From an uncultured Pirellulales bacterium (GTDB lineage Bacteria > Planctomycetota > Phycisphaerae > Sedimentisphaerales > Anaerobacaceae): 25,234 nt of DNA. The first letter of the stretch is position 1. Every line of letters starts with the position of its first letter. Below the pieces are notes generated by a model. The model saw only the letters and a list, made by a program, of their open reading frames with translations. It was not told where the DNA came from and searched no databases. Both the position numbers and the translations under genes were made by a program. Location: positions 1-25,234 of the forward strand of contig CAZNET010000002.1 of NCBI GenBank assembly GCA_964571885.1, given 5' to 3'. Below, one piece after another: positions 9,128 to 17,289 of the stretch.

Positions 9128-9648
9128 TCCTTGATTCCCAAATCATCTTTGGTCAGGATCGACTCGAAATTATACCCCGCCGAAGTAATGTTTTCACCGG
9201 CCCCCTGTTTGCGGTCGATCACGCAGACGATTTTCTTTACTTTCGCGCCGGCCTCGGTGATGATCTTCGCCGCTTCGAGCACCTGCCCCCCGGTCGTCGC
9301 GATATCCTCGACCAGAAGGACGGTATCACCCTCGTTCAACACGCCCTCGACCATCTTACCGGTACCGTATCCCTTTTTACTGTTGCGGATAATGACCCAG
9401 TTCTTGCCGGTCTGCATCGCCGTCGCCGCCGCCAGCGCCACCCCGCCTAATTCCGCCCCGGCGATCAAAGTGATATCGTCGCTGACGTATTCGGCGAACG
9501 CCTCGCCCAGAGCCTTCAGGATATCCGGACACGTCTCGAAAAGATATTTATCAAGGTAGTAATTGCTTTTTTTTCCGCTGCGAAGGACAAATTCGCCTTC
9601 GAGATACGCTGTTTCCTTGATCCGTTTGATCAGTTTTTCTCTTATCAT
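9124..9648 (-). CDS. pyrE: Orotate phosphoribosyltransferase (short type)
   Basis: GEFVLRSGKKSNYYLDK, IRNSKKGYG and the PRPP-binding VLLVEDIATTGG; its stop codon overlaps the convergent coaB stop. Confidence 0.92.
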   Translation of the reverse strand: MIREKLIKRIKETAYLEGEFVLRSGKKSNYYLDKYLFETCPDILKALGEAFAEYVSDDITLIAGAELGGVALAAATAMQTGKNWVIIRNSKKGYGTGKMVEGVLNEGDTVLLVEDIATTGGQVLEAAKIITEAGAKVKKIVCVIDRKQGAGENITSAGYNFESILTKDDLGIKD

Positions 9649-9653
9649 CGTTC

Positions 9654-11087
9654 CTATACCTTCAGTTCGACTTTTCGGTTGAGTTGATTTTTATATTTGC
9701 GCCTTATGGCTGTTACGTGTTCTGCGATAAACTCATTGACTTGCTCAGGTGCTCTGCCGATATAATTTTTCGGATTCAGGATCGATTTGAAATTCACCTT
9801 CGCGAAATCCGCATCGTGTTTTAATCTTTTGATGAGATCGTTCTCCTGACCTTCTTGTTTCACTTCGTTCGCCGCTGCCTGACTGTGCTGCCGGATCTTC
9901 TCGTGCAGATCCTGCCGATTACCGCCCGCCTTCACCGCGTCCATCATGATATTCTCACTCGCCATGAACGGCAATTCGTTATTGACATGCGCCGCGATCA
10001 CTTTCGGATACACAACCAATCCATCCGTGGCATTGATAAGAATTTCCAGGATGCCGTCCACCGCCAAAAATGCCTCCGGTATGACAACCCGTTTATTGGC
10101 CGAGTCATCGAGCGTCCGCTCGAACCACTGCTCCGACGCCGTCATGGGGGGGCTTGTCGCCAGACTCAGTACAAATCGGCTAAGGGCTGTCACCCGCTCG
10201 CTCCGCATCGGATTTCGCTTATAAGGCATTGCCGATGAGCCCACCTGCTTTTTGCCGAACGGCTCTTCCATTTCTTTGAGATTGGACAGCAAGCGGAGAT
10301 CATTACAGAGTTTATGCGCCGATTGCGCGATCGAAGCCAATGCGTTAATGACCTGCGTATCAATCTTTCGCTGATACGTCTGACCGGTAATCGTACAGAT
10401 TTTTTTGAAGCCGAACGCCTTCGCTACCTCCTTGTCAAGCTGTTTGACCTTGCTGTGACTGCCGCCAAACAGTTCCAAAAAGGATGCCTGCGTCCCTGTT
10501 GTCCCCTTGACGCCCCTGAACGGCAGGTTCTCAAGCCGATATTCCAGTTCCTTCAGGTCCAGCACGAACTCATAGCACCAAAGCGCCGCCCGCTTGCCGA
10601 CCGTCGTCATCTGCGCCGGCTGATAATGCGTAAAGCCCAGTGTCGGCATCGACTTGTATTGCCTGGCGAATTTGGAAAGCTGATTGACCACCGCCGCGAC
10701 TTTGCCGGTAAGAATAGTCATCGCGTCACGCATAATGATCAGGTCCGTGTTATCACCCACAAAACAGCTTGTCGCGCCAAGGTGGATGATCGGCGCCGCT
10801 TTGGGTGCGGCATCGCCGAAGGTCAATATATGCGCCATGACATCGTGACGCGTCTTCTTTTCATACTTCGCAGCCTTTTTAAGATCGATGTCATCAAGGT
10901 GCCTGGCCATCTCGTCAATCTGTGTCTGCTTGATATCCAGACCCAGCTTTTTCTCGGCCTTGGCCAGTTCAAGCCACAGCCTTCGCCAGGTGCCGAATTT
11001 CTTGTCGGGCCCGAATAACTCTGACATTTCAACCGATGCGTTTCGCTGAACCAGTGGGCTGCTGTACAATTTCCTGTTCTCTGCCAT
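9654..11087 (-). CDS. purB: Adenylosuccinate lyase
   Basis: RHDVMAH, IHLGATS, LGFTHYQPAQ, GVKGTTGTQAS and the fumarate-lyase signature GSSAMPYKRNPMRSE. Confidence 0.96.
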   Translation of the reverse strand: MAENRKLYSSPLVQRNASVEMSELFGPDKKFGTWRRLWLELAKAEKKLGLDIKQTQIDEMARHLDDIDLKKAAKYEKKTRHDVMAHILTFGDAAPKAAPIIHLGATSCFVGDNTDLIIMRDAMTILTGKVAAVVNQLSKFARQYKSMPTLGFTHYQPAQMTTVGKRAALWCYEFVLDLKELEYRLENLPFRGVKGTTGTQASFLELFGGSHSKVKQLDKEVAKAFGFKKICTITGQTYQRKIDTQVINALASIAQSAHKLCNDLRLLSNLKEMEEPFGKKQVGSSAMPYKRNPMRSERVTALSRFVLSLATSPPMTASEQWFERTLDDSANKRVVIPEAFLAVDGILEILINATDGLVVYPKVIAAHVNNELPFMASENIMMDAVKAGGNRQDLHEKIRQHSQAAANEVKQEGQENDLIKRLKHDADFAKVNFKSILNPKNYIGRAPEQVNEFIAEHVTAIRRKYKNQLNRKVELKV

Positions 11088-11099
11088 AATGCTGTTCCG

Positions 11100-12070
11100 T
11101 TAACGTTTGGTTTTATCTTTCCACTGTCCTGACAGATCTTCTATTTTCTCTATGTCACTATCGGACAGTTCGACATCCATTGCCTTGGCGGTCTCGACGA
11201 TTTGACCGGGTCGGCGAGCTCCGACAATGGCCGCGGTGACCTCGTCTCGTCGCAGAACCCAACTGATCGCCAGTTGCGCAAGCGAAGCGCCGTTGTTTTC
11301 AGCGATCGGTTTTAACTGCTCGACCAGTTCCAGTGTCGCGCTGAATTTCGGTTCGCGAAAATCGGGACTTTTTTTGCGATGGTCGTCATCGGGTAGCTGA
11401 GCCAGATGCTCATGGCTGAATTTGCCTGTGAGCAGACCGCGCTGCATCGGGCTGTACACCACCACGCCGATCGAATGCTCCGAGCAGAATCCCAGCAGTT
11501 CCTCTTCGATGTCACGATGGATCATGCTGTAGGGCGGCTGAAGCGATGACACCGGGTAGATCTTCTGTACTCGCTGGAGTTGTTCGATCCTGAAGTTCGA
11601 CGCGCCGAGATACCGCACCAAACCTTCTTCAACGCAGTGCGCCATCGCCTCCCACGCCTCTTCAAGCTGCTTATCGGGCTGCGGCCAGTGCAGTTGATAC
11701 AGATCGATCACATCGACCCCCAGCCGTTCGAGGCTGCCATGACATTCCCGAATAATACTGTCCTTGTCGAGGCAGTTGACTTTCCTGCTTTTTTCATCAC
11801 ACAACAGACCGCATTTCGTCGCCATGATCGGTTTTGATTTTTCGCCTTCCAAAACCTGACCGATCAATTCTTCGGAATGACCGCATCCGTAAGCCGGGGC
11901 GGTATCGATCCAGTTGATCCCCTGTTCAAGTGCTTCGGCTATTGCTTTTCTTGCGTCATCGTCGTCCTGCGGTCCCCAGCCGAACTGCCACGGCCCGCCT
12001 AAGGCCCACGTGCCAGACCGACCGTCGTCAAATCCAGATCCGTCTTGCCAAGTTTTCGTGTCTTCATCAT
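11100..12070 (-). pseudogene. Aldo/keto reductase with a 1-bp deletion near codon 20 (pseudogene or sequencing error)
   Basis: ATG at 12070 behind GAGG gives MMKTRKLGKTDLDLTTVGL and then reads ARGP-stop. Adding one G at 12013-12014 (CTG GC ACG TGG to CTG GGC ACG TGG) restores GLGTWALGGPWQFGWGPQDDDD..GINWIDTAPAYGCGHSEELIG, which joins the 11100..11867 ORF as a 323-aa protein with the D/Y/K/H catalytic tetrad intact. Confidence 0.88.
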
Positions 12071-12157
12071 AACCTCTTTTTACAAAACATTTAGATTAAG
12101 GGTAGTATTCTTTGACGAGATTATCAACATTTTTTCAATTTTGTTTTTATGCGTCAA

Positions 12158-12865
12158 TTATTGATAGGGTACACCCGGATAAAGCAGTTTGATCGAGAGG
12201 AAAAAGACCGTTCTGAAAAGCGGGCTGATCACATTCCACGCGATGATGATGCCCAGGATCTGAAACGCCGGTGTGTGTTTGACGCGGTTGTATTTTTCCG
12301 CGGTTTGATCGTCGAGCAGCAGGTTGATCGCCGAACTGCCGTCCAGCGGCGGGACCGGCAGGATATTGAACAAAAAAAGCAGCAGATTGAGCGAGTAGAA
12401 AATACTGATAAAGACCGCGACATACCCCATCGATTCTGCACTCGCCGCCGTCACCAGATCGAAGCTGATCTGATCGGGTGCGTTAAAAAAATCGAACAGC
12501 ATGCCGACCCTGATAAGCATGGCCGCGGCCGCCATCAATGCCAGATTCGTCACCGGTCCGACAAGAGACGTCAAAGCGGATTCCTTGCGGTGATACGCCG
12601 CCCAATACGGATCGATCGGCGTACTGGCCCAGCCGATCATAAAACTGAATTGACTGAAAATAAACGCTGCGATCGGAACAAGGACCATGCCGAACGGGCT
12701 TCGGCGGATATGCACCATCGGATCGAGTGTCACCAGCCCCATCCGCTTGGCCGTCGGGTCACCCAGCTTAAAGGCCGCTAAGCTGTGAGCCGCCTCGTGA
12801 CACACCGTGGACAAAACGAAGACGATATACCACGTCAATCCTGAAATAATATCCTGTTGGGTCAT
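12158..12865 (-). CDS. Site-2 protease family (peptidase M50) membrane metalloprotease
   Basis: HEAAH (HExxH) inside a transmembrane helix, GDPT, GPVTN and FNILPVPPLDGS (NxxPxxxLDG) motifs; ATGA overlap with the upstream gene. Confidence 0.92.
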   Translation of the reverse strand: MTQQDIISGLTWYIVFVLSTVCHEAAHSLAAFKLGDPTAKRMGLVTLDPMVHIRRSPFGMVLVPIAAFIFSQFSFMIGWASTPIDPYWAAYHRKESALTSLVGPVTNLALMAAAAMLIRVGMLFDFFNAPDQISFDLVTAASAESMGYVAVFISIFYSLNLLLFLFNILPVPPLDGSSAINLLLDDQTAEKYNRVKHTPAFQILGIIIAWNVISPLFRTVFFLSIKLLYPGVPYQ

Positions 12866-14181
12866 GGCTGGCTCTGCGTTGGGTCGTCTTCCATCAATTG
12901 CCGCTTAATGAAATCCGCCCGTTCCGGAAAAAGCCGGACGATCTCGTCCCGGGTCGTTCGTTCCAGAAGACTCGTGAAGTTTTGCTGACGGACAACACCG
13001 CTGACGATCTGCATCTGTTCGTTCATCTTCAGTTGTTCAGACGTATCGGGCCGGTCAAAATATTCGATCGTAAACGTGGTGTTCCGGTCAGCGGAGTTTG
13101 TTTCTTGTATTTGTTTGATCAGCACCGGTGTAACGGTGCCGTCCGATTCGATCATATCGGCGATAATTTCCTCATGACCGCTTTCGATCATTTCAACAAA
13201 GACCTGACGAATAAATACATCCGGAAAGGCCGATGAACTCAAATAATATTCCGCCAGATTAATATTCTTGCCTACAATCTGTTGCACCTGCATTTGCTGC
13301 TGGTCGCTGCTTATCTCGGTTCTGATTCGTGCGTTGGACGTTTTGGATTCGCTTTTAAAAATGAACTGATTACAATAATTATCGCTTTCAAAGTAAGAAA
13401 TTTGCTCTGAAAAGCCTTGCAGATAATAATATTTCGCGGCCTGAATTTCGACTTCTTCTGCTTCGGCCGATTCGACCATGACGCTGGTTAGAAAACCAAT
13501 GACCTGGTTGCTTTGATTTTTGATAAACAGCATGTCCGCCGCGTCTTTTTCAAAAAGATAACCGCTGATGCCTTTTGATTTCAGGGCCGAAATCACCGCC
13601 CTGCCGGCACGCACCGCCGGTTTCTCGACCAGCGAGACACTGGATATTATTGTTTCGAATAAATTCTCGGTTAGCCCGATGTCACCATACGTGTCGTAGA
13701 TCGCAATGTCGAGTCTTCGGTTATTCGCGAGACGGGCCGTGCCGAAAAAAACGAGCAGGGGACTGTCTGTTTGAGATAAATGCACCCACGATAACGAATC
13801 GTCGCCGAGGGATTTTTGACCGCTCTGTCGGATTTGACAGTCGTATTGAGCGGCTTGTTCTTCAAAAACCGCTTCCGTGCTTTCCTTGGTCGGGGCTAAA
13901 TGATAAATGCAAAGGATCGCCATGGAGGCATTGCCGGTGTTCAGTTCGCTCGTCAGACGAAAGGTATTTCTTTGAAATCGCCATTGGTCGTCCGTTTTCC
14001 AGTTACTGCCCGTCGGAAGAGAAATCGAAAGTCCCGCCGGACGAAGCGTTATGGGACGCGATAGATCGATCGACGTCTTTTGATAAATAATCAATTGTGC
14101 GAGAAATAGACCTAAAACCAATAGTAAAAAGAAGACTATTTTATCCATCGCAAAACGTAATTTTGTTTCTGAAGGCTTCAT
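12862..14181 (-). CDS. Hypothetical single-pass membrane-anchored protein
   Basis: 439-aa open frame, one N-terminal hydrophobic helix (IVFFLLLVLGLFLAQLII), translationally coupled to the M50 protease. No family recognised with confidence. Confidence 0.75.
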   Translation of the reverse strand: MKPSETKLRFAMDKIVFFLLLVLGLFLAQLIIYQKTSIDLSRPITLRPAGLSISLPTGSNWKTDDQWRFQRNTFRLTSELNTGNASMAILCIYHLAPTKESTEAVFEEQAAQYDCQIRQSGQKSLGDDSLSWVHLSQTDSPLLVFFGTARLANNRRLDIAIYDTYGDIGLTENLFETIISSVSLVEKPAVRAGRAVISALKSKGISGYLFEKDAADMLFIKNQSNQVIGFLTSVMVESAEAEEVEIQAAKYYYLQGFSEQISYFESDNYCNQFIFKSESKTSNARIRTEISSDQQQMQVQQIVGKNINLAEYYLSSSAFPDVFIRQVFVEMIESGHEEIIADMIESDGTVTPVLIKQIQETNSADRNTTFTIEYFDRPDTSEQLKMNEQMQIVSGVVRQQNFTSLLERTTRDEIVRLFPERADFIKRQLMEDDPTQSQP

Positions 14182-14190
14182 GGCAGTACC

Positions 14191-14219
14191 ATCATAATAT
14201 ATCCCCGCCTATCGCACAA
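14191..14219 (-). promoter_or_regulatory. Probable sigma70 promoter for the hypothetical-M50 operon
   Basis: Minus strand TTGTGC (14219-14214), 17-nt spacer, TATGAT (14196-14191), 9 nt before the ATG; no Shine-Dalgarno visible. Confidence 0.45.
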
Positions 14220-14301
14220 GAAACATCTCAATGCGTACTACAATTGTATGAAATTTTAATGGACTGACCCCGGATTTTGCGATTTTATCTCAAGAAGGGC
14301 T

Positions 14302-14329
14302 TTGCTTTTTGCCAATATATTGTTATACT
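14302..14329 (+). promoter_or_regulatory. Probable sigma70 promoter for the PilZ gene
   Basis: TTGCTT (14302-14307), 16-nt spacer, TATACT (14324-14329) with extended -10 TGn. Confidence 0.55.
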
Positions 14330-14364
14330 TTGCATAGATACAACTAAAAATGGGGCAGTTTATC

Positions 14365-14389
14365 TCTTAAAACATGAGATGTTTTAGGA
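14365..14389. repeat. Inverted repeat in the PilZ gene leader
   Basis: TCTTAAAACAT-GAG-ATGTTTTAGGA: 11-bp arms, 10 Watson-Crick pairs plus one T-G. Confidence 0.6.
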
Positions 14390-14422
14390 CGTTAGAAGGT
14401 AGCGTTTGTTACGAGGTCGATT

Positions 14423-15208
14423 ATGAACGAAGTCATTATGCTAAAAGGGGCCGAACCGAGAGAAATTCTTCAAACCATCATCGAGAAAAGAATTTCGGCG
14501 ATCATGTCTTATCTGTCCAATGGTAAGTGGCATGCCGTCAAGGTCTATTTGACCCACCTGGGGGCCAACCGGTTTACCGTTGAAATTATTCAGGAAGACA
14601 AGAACCATCACCCGATCAACATCCGGCCGGATCAGCCGGTGGGAATGTCCTTGAAATATGGTTATGGAAAATTCGTTTTCGATACGCAGGTCCTGTCGCT
14701 TGAGCCGTCCGCTGATCCAAAATCGGGAGGGCGGATCATTCTCAGTATCCCCGACCGAATCGAGATCGTTCAACGACGAAATTATTTCCGTGTCGATGTC
14801 CCCAAGTCACTGAAAGTCAAAGTCGTCGTGTGGCACCGACACCATAAATCCGAACATATGCACAAACCGCCTGAAAATTACTGGCAGGGCAAGCTCGTGG
14901 ATATTTCCGCGGGCGGACTGCAGGTCGCCATCGATAAGGAACTGACTCCCGACTTTCGAAATAAGCAGTTTGTCGGTATCCGCTTTACCCCGCTGCCTTA
15001 CGAACAGCCCCTGATGTTCAACGCCCAGATACGCAACATTGTCCCCTCCGCCGACGAAACAAATATCTGTCTCGGTATGCAGATCGTCGGGCTCGAGGCA
15101 AGTCCAGAGGGACGACACGTGCTGCAGCGTCTTTGCGGTGTCGTCGAACGTTATCATCAGATCAACCAGTCCAGCGCAAAACAGGAAGACATGAAGGCGA
15201 TCGGTTAG
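14423..15208 (+). CDS. YcgR-like/PilZ-domain c-di-GMP receptor protein
   Basis: N-terminal YcgR-like barrel followed by the PilZ motifs RxxxR (QRRNYFR) and DxSxxG (DISAGG); GAGG RBS. Confidence 0.85.
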   Translation: MNEVIMLKGAEPREILQTIIEKRISAIMSYLSNGKWHAVKVYLTHLGANRFTVEIIQEDKNHHPINIRPDQPVGMSLKYGYGKFVFDTQVLSLEPSADPKSGGRIILSIPDRIEIVQRRNYFRVDVPKSLKVKVVVWHRHHKSEHMHKPPENYWQGKLVDISAGGLQVAIDKELTPDFRNKQFVGIRFTPLPYEQPLMFNAQIRNIVPSADETNICLGMQIVGLEASPEGRHVLQRLCGVVERYHQINQSSAKQEDMKAIG

Positions 15209-15224
15209 CCGTTCGTTTTTCGAT

Positions 15225-16157
15225 TTAAGGATGAGTTTCCACGGACCGGTTTGTTGACTGACTCGACGATTCCTTGCTTCGTTTGCTTTTTTTCAAGGTC
15301 CATTTAAAAAAACCTCCCGCCGCGAATCCGCAAAAGCCGATCACCAGTGCGATTTGCCGATACCAGATGATCAGACCGATCACCATGAGTGACATAAGCA
15401 GATAAGCCATCGGCTTACGTCCTCGCATGTAAATATTCAGCAAGTGCAGATAGGGAATACGGCTGATCATCGCCACACCCATCATAAGGGTGACAAAAGG
15501 CAGGGCGTAAAGCAGTGCCCCTTCGCTGATCTCATAAGCCAGAGTGCCCGCTTTTGTGATTTCTCCTACCGTTTCCTGCTGCAGGATCACCAGACTGACA
15601 ATAACCCCGGCCGCGGCCGGACTCGGAAGCCCCACAAATAGTCGGTGCGACGCTTCGCTTTCTTCGTTCTCGACATTGAACCTGGCAAGGCGAATGGCCG
15701 CACAACACACATAGGCCGCCGCCGAGATCCAAATAAAACGCGTCAGAAGTGTCTCGGCGAATGCCGGCATGCCCGTGACATGCATCAGCTTGTGTTCGAG
15801 GATTTTGAACATCAAAAACGCCGGCGCCACGCCAAAACTGATAATATCGCAAAGGCTGTCAAGCTGACCCCCGAAACTGGACGTGTTCTGGCTCATCCGG
15901 GCGACCCGCCCGTCGAGAACGTCTGCGATCATCGCGATCAGGATCATATAACCCGACAGCGCGAAATAGGATAACTGGAGTTTGTGATACGTAAAATCTT
16001 CCGAGGTCATCATCGCCTTGCCCGCGAATACGATCGCCGCGAATCCGCAAAGACCGTTGATCAGCGTGATCAGGGACGGCAAAATGGTGATGGATTTCAC
16101 TTTGGGACGCCGGACCCGTCTGAAAAATCCTTTTTTGTCTTTTGAACTCTGTGCCAT
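15225..16157 (-). CDS. pssA: CDP-diacylglycerol--serine O-phosphatidyltransferase
   Basis: CDP-alcohol phosphotransferase motif DVLDGRVAR..FGGQLDSLCD, ISFGVAPA, RLARFN and FVGLPSPAAA; TAATG overlap with psd. Confidence 0.92.
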   Translation of the reverse strand: MAQSSKDKKGFFRRVRRPKVKSITILPSLITLINGLCGFAAIVFAGKAMMTSEDFTYHKLQLSYFALSGYMILIAMIADVLDGRVARMSQNTSSFGGQLDSLCDIISFGVAPAFLMFKILEHKLMHVTGMPAFAETLLTRFIWISAAAYVCCAAIRLARFNVENEESEASHRLFVGLPSPAAAGVIVSLVILQQETVGEITKAGTLAYEISEGALLYALPFVTLMMGVAMISRIPYLHLLNIYMRGRKPMAYLLMSLMVIGLIIWYRQIALVIGFCGFAAGGFFKWTLKKSKRSKESSSQSTNRSVETHP

Positions 16158-16837
16158 TAGACATACCTCACCAAAGCCGTAGTCCCCGCCTTGACCTTGT
16201 CGCCGGCCTGGACGAGAACCTTCACATGACGGCCGCTGTGAAAATACAATTCGGTCCGTGAGCCGAACTTGATCATCCCGAACTTCTCACCTGCCTTTAA
16301 CTCATTTCCCTGCTTCGCCTCACAGACGATGCGACGGGCGATTGCTCCGCTGATCTGCCGTACCAGAAGTTTTTCTTTCGGTTCGTTCGTGCGTGACATC
16401 AAAAGGTCGTTCGATTCGTTCAGCTTTCCCGCCAGCGGATTACGGGCATCGAGATATTGGCCTTTCTTATACCGGATGTTCTCTACGATCGCCCGGCAGG
16501 GTGAGCGGTTGATATGCACATCGAAAATGCTCAGGAAAATGCCGATTCGAATCGCCTGGCTCTGCAGTTCGTCGCTTTGAACCGATTCGATGTCGGTCAC
16601 CGTTCCGTCCGCAGGGGCCAGCAGAAAATGTTCCTCTGTCGGGACGTCGCGATCCGGATCACGAAAAAAGCACAATACCCAGATAAGCATCACCGCCAGC
16701 AGCGTTTGCGATACGAGGATCATCCAGAACGCCATTGTATCTGTGCCCAGCAGCCAGATCGCTGTCATTGCCGCAATAATCGCCAGCGGAAAGATTACTA
16801 CCTGCGGCCGGCCGTATTTCGTCAGTCCTATGGTCAT
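16157..16837 (-). CDS. psd: Phosphatidylserine decarboxylase proenzyme (short type)
   Basis: FFRDPDR, APADG, IGIFLSIFDVHINRSP, RQISGAIARRI and the autocleavage motif GMIKFGSRTE. Confidence 0.94.
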   Translation of the reverse strand: MTIGLTKYGRPQVVIFPLAIIAAMTAIWLLGTDTMAFWMILVSQTLLAVMLIWVLCFFRDPDRDVPTEEHFLLAPADGTVTDIESVQSDELQSQAIRIGIFLSIFDVHINRSPCRAIVENIRYKKGQYLDARNPLAGKLNESNDLLMSRTNEPKEKLLVRQISGAIARRIVCEAKQGNELKAGEKFGMIKFGSRTELYFHSGRHVKVLVQAGDKVKAGTTALVRYV

Positions 16838-16843
16838 GATTCT

Positions 16844-16872
16844 ATTTTAAAATCCGCCCCCGTACATTGCAA
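16844..16872 (-). promoter_or_regulatory. sigma70 promoter for psd-pssA, leaderless geometry
   Basis: Minus strand TTGCAA (16872-16867), 17-nt spacer, TAAAAT (16849-16844), then 6 nt to the ATG at 16837. Confidence 0.6.
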
Positions 16873-16888
16873 GTCTATTCCATATCTT

Positions 16889-17089
16889 CTATCGTCGCAA
16901 AAATTTAATAACATTGATCGGATTGCCGCGGCAGAAGACGTATTTGTGCAGAAACGCCAGGTCCCTTCGGATCGTCACCTCGGTGATCTTCATTTCCTTC
17001 GCCAGGTCCGGCACATAGATCCGGCCGCTGGCGTTCAGTTTTTCGAGAATCGTTTTATGCCTGATCTCTGCTGCGACACCCATATTCAT
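16889..17089 (-). pseudogene. Truncated DeoR/GlpR/AgaR-family regulator (N-terminal HTH only)
   Basis: RHKTILEKLNASGRIYVPDLAKEMKITEVTIRRDLAFLHK matches the DeoR HTH (TIRRDLxxL). Similarity ends near codon 49 (about 16943); no wing motif (RxHGGA) and no sugar-phosphate sensor domain follow. Confidence 0.8.
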
Positions 17090-17136
17090 AACCCCATTTT
17101 TTTATTTCTATGGTTTGGTTTCAATAACTTTTACCG

Positions 17137-17165
17137 ATTATAGGTCAGGATTGAAATCATTGCAA
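17137..17165 (-). promoter_or_regulatory. sigma70 promoter for the deoR stub
   Basis: Minus strand TTGCAA (17165-17160), 17-nt spacer, TATAAT (17142-17137). Confidence 0.7.
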
Positions 17166-17172
17166 TAAAAAC

Positions 17173-17201
17173 TGTTCGATTTATTTCGTTTTTGTCTGTT
17201 T
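17173..17201. promoter_or_regulatory. Putative DeoR-family operator, copy 1
   Basis: TGTTCGATTTATTTCGTTTTTGTCTGTTT; 25/29 identical to 19619-19647, with (T/G)TTCG-like units at 10-bp spacing. Confidence 0.5.
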
Positions 17202-17289
17202 ATGATAGAATCACAACCTGTCTAAAGCCTCTTTCAACAGCGCGAACACCTTGAATTTTCCTACCCACGAATGCGGATACTTTTAACGT

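Noticed and set aside
9855-11018. Long antisense ORFs opposite purB, and similar shadows opposite the TBDR, yicC, psd, lpxB and the oxidoreductase
   Set aside because: Typical antisense open frames of GC-rich coding DNA, with no protein motifs.
12000-12070. Programmed ribosomal frameshift in the aldo/keto reductase
   Set aside because: No slippery heptamer or downstream stimulatory structure seen; a simple indel explains it.
14182-14422. c-di-GMP riboswitch upstream of the PilZ gene
   Set aside because: The GGxxAC..GAAA tetraloop/receptor pattern of class I and the class II pseudoknot were not found.
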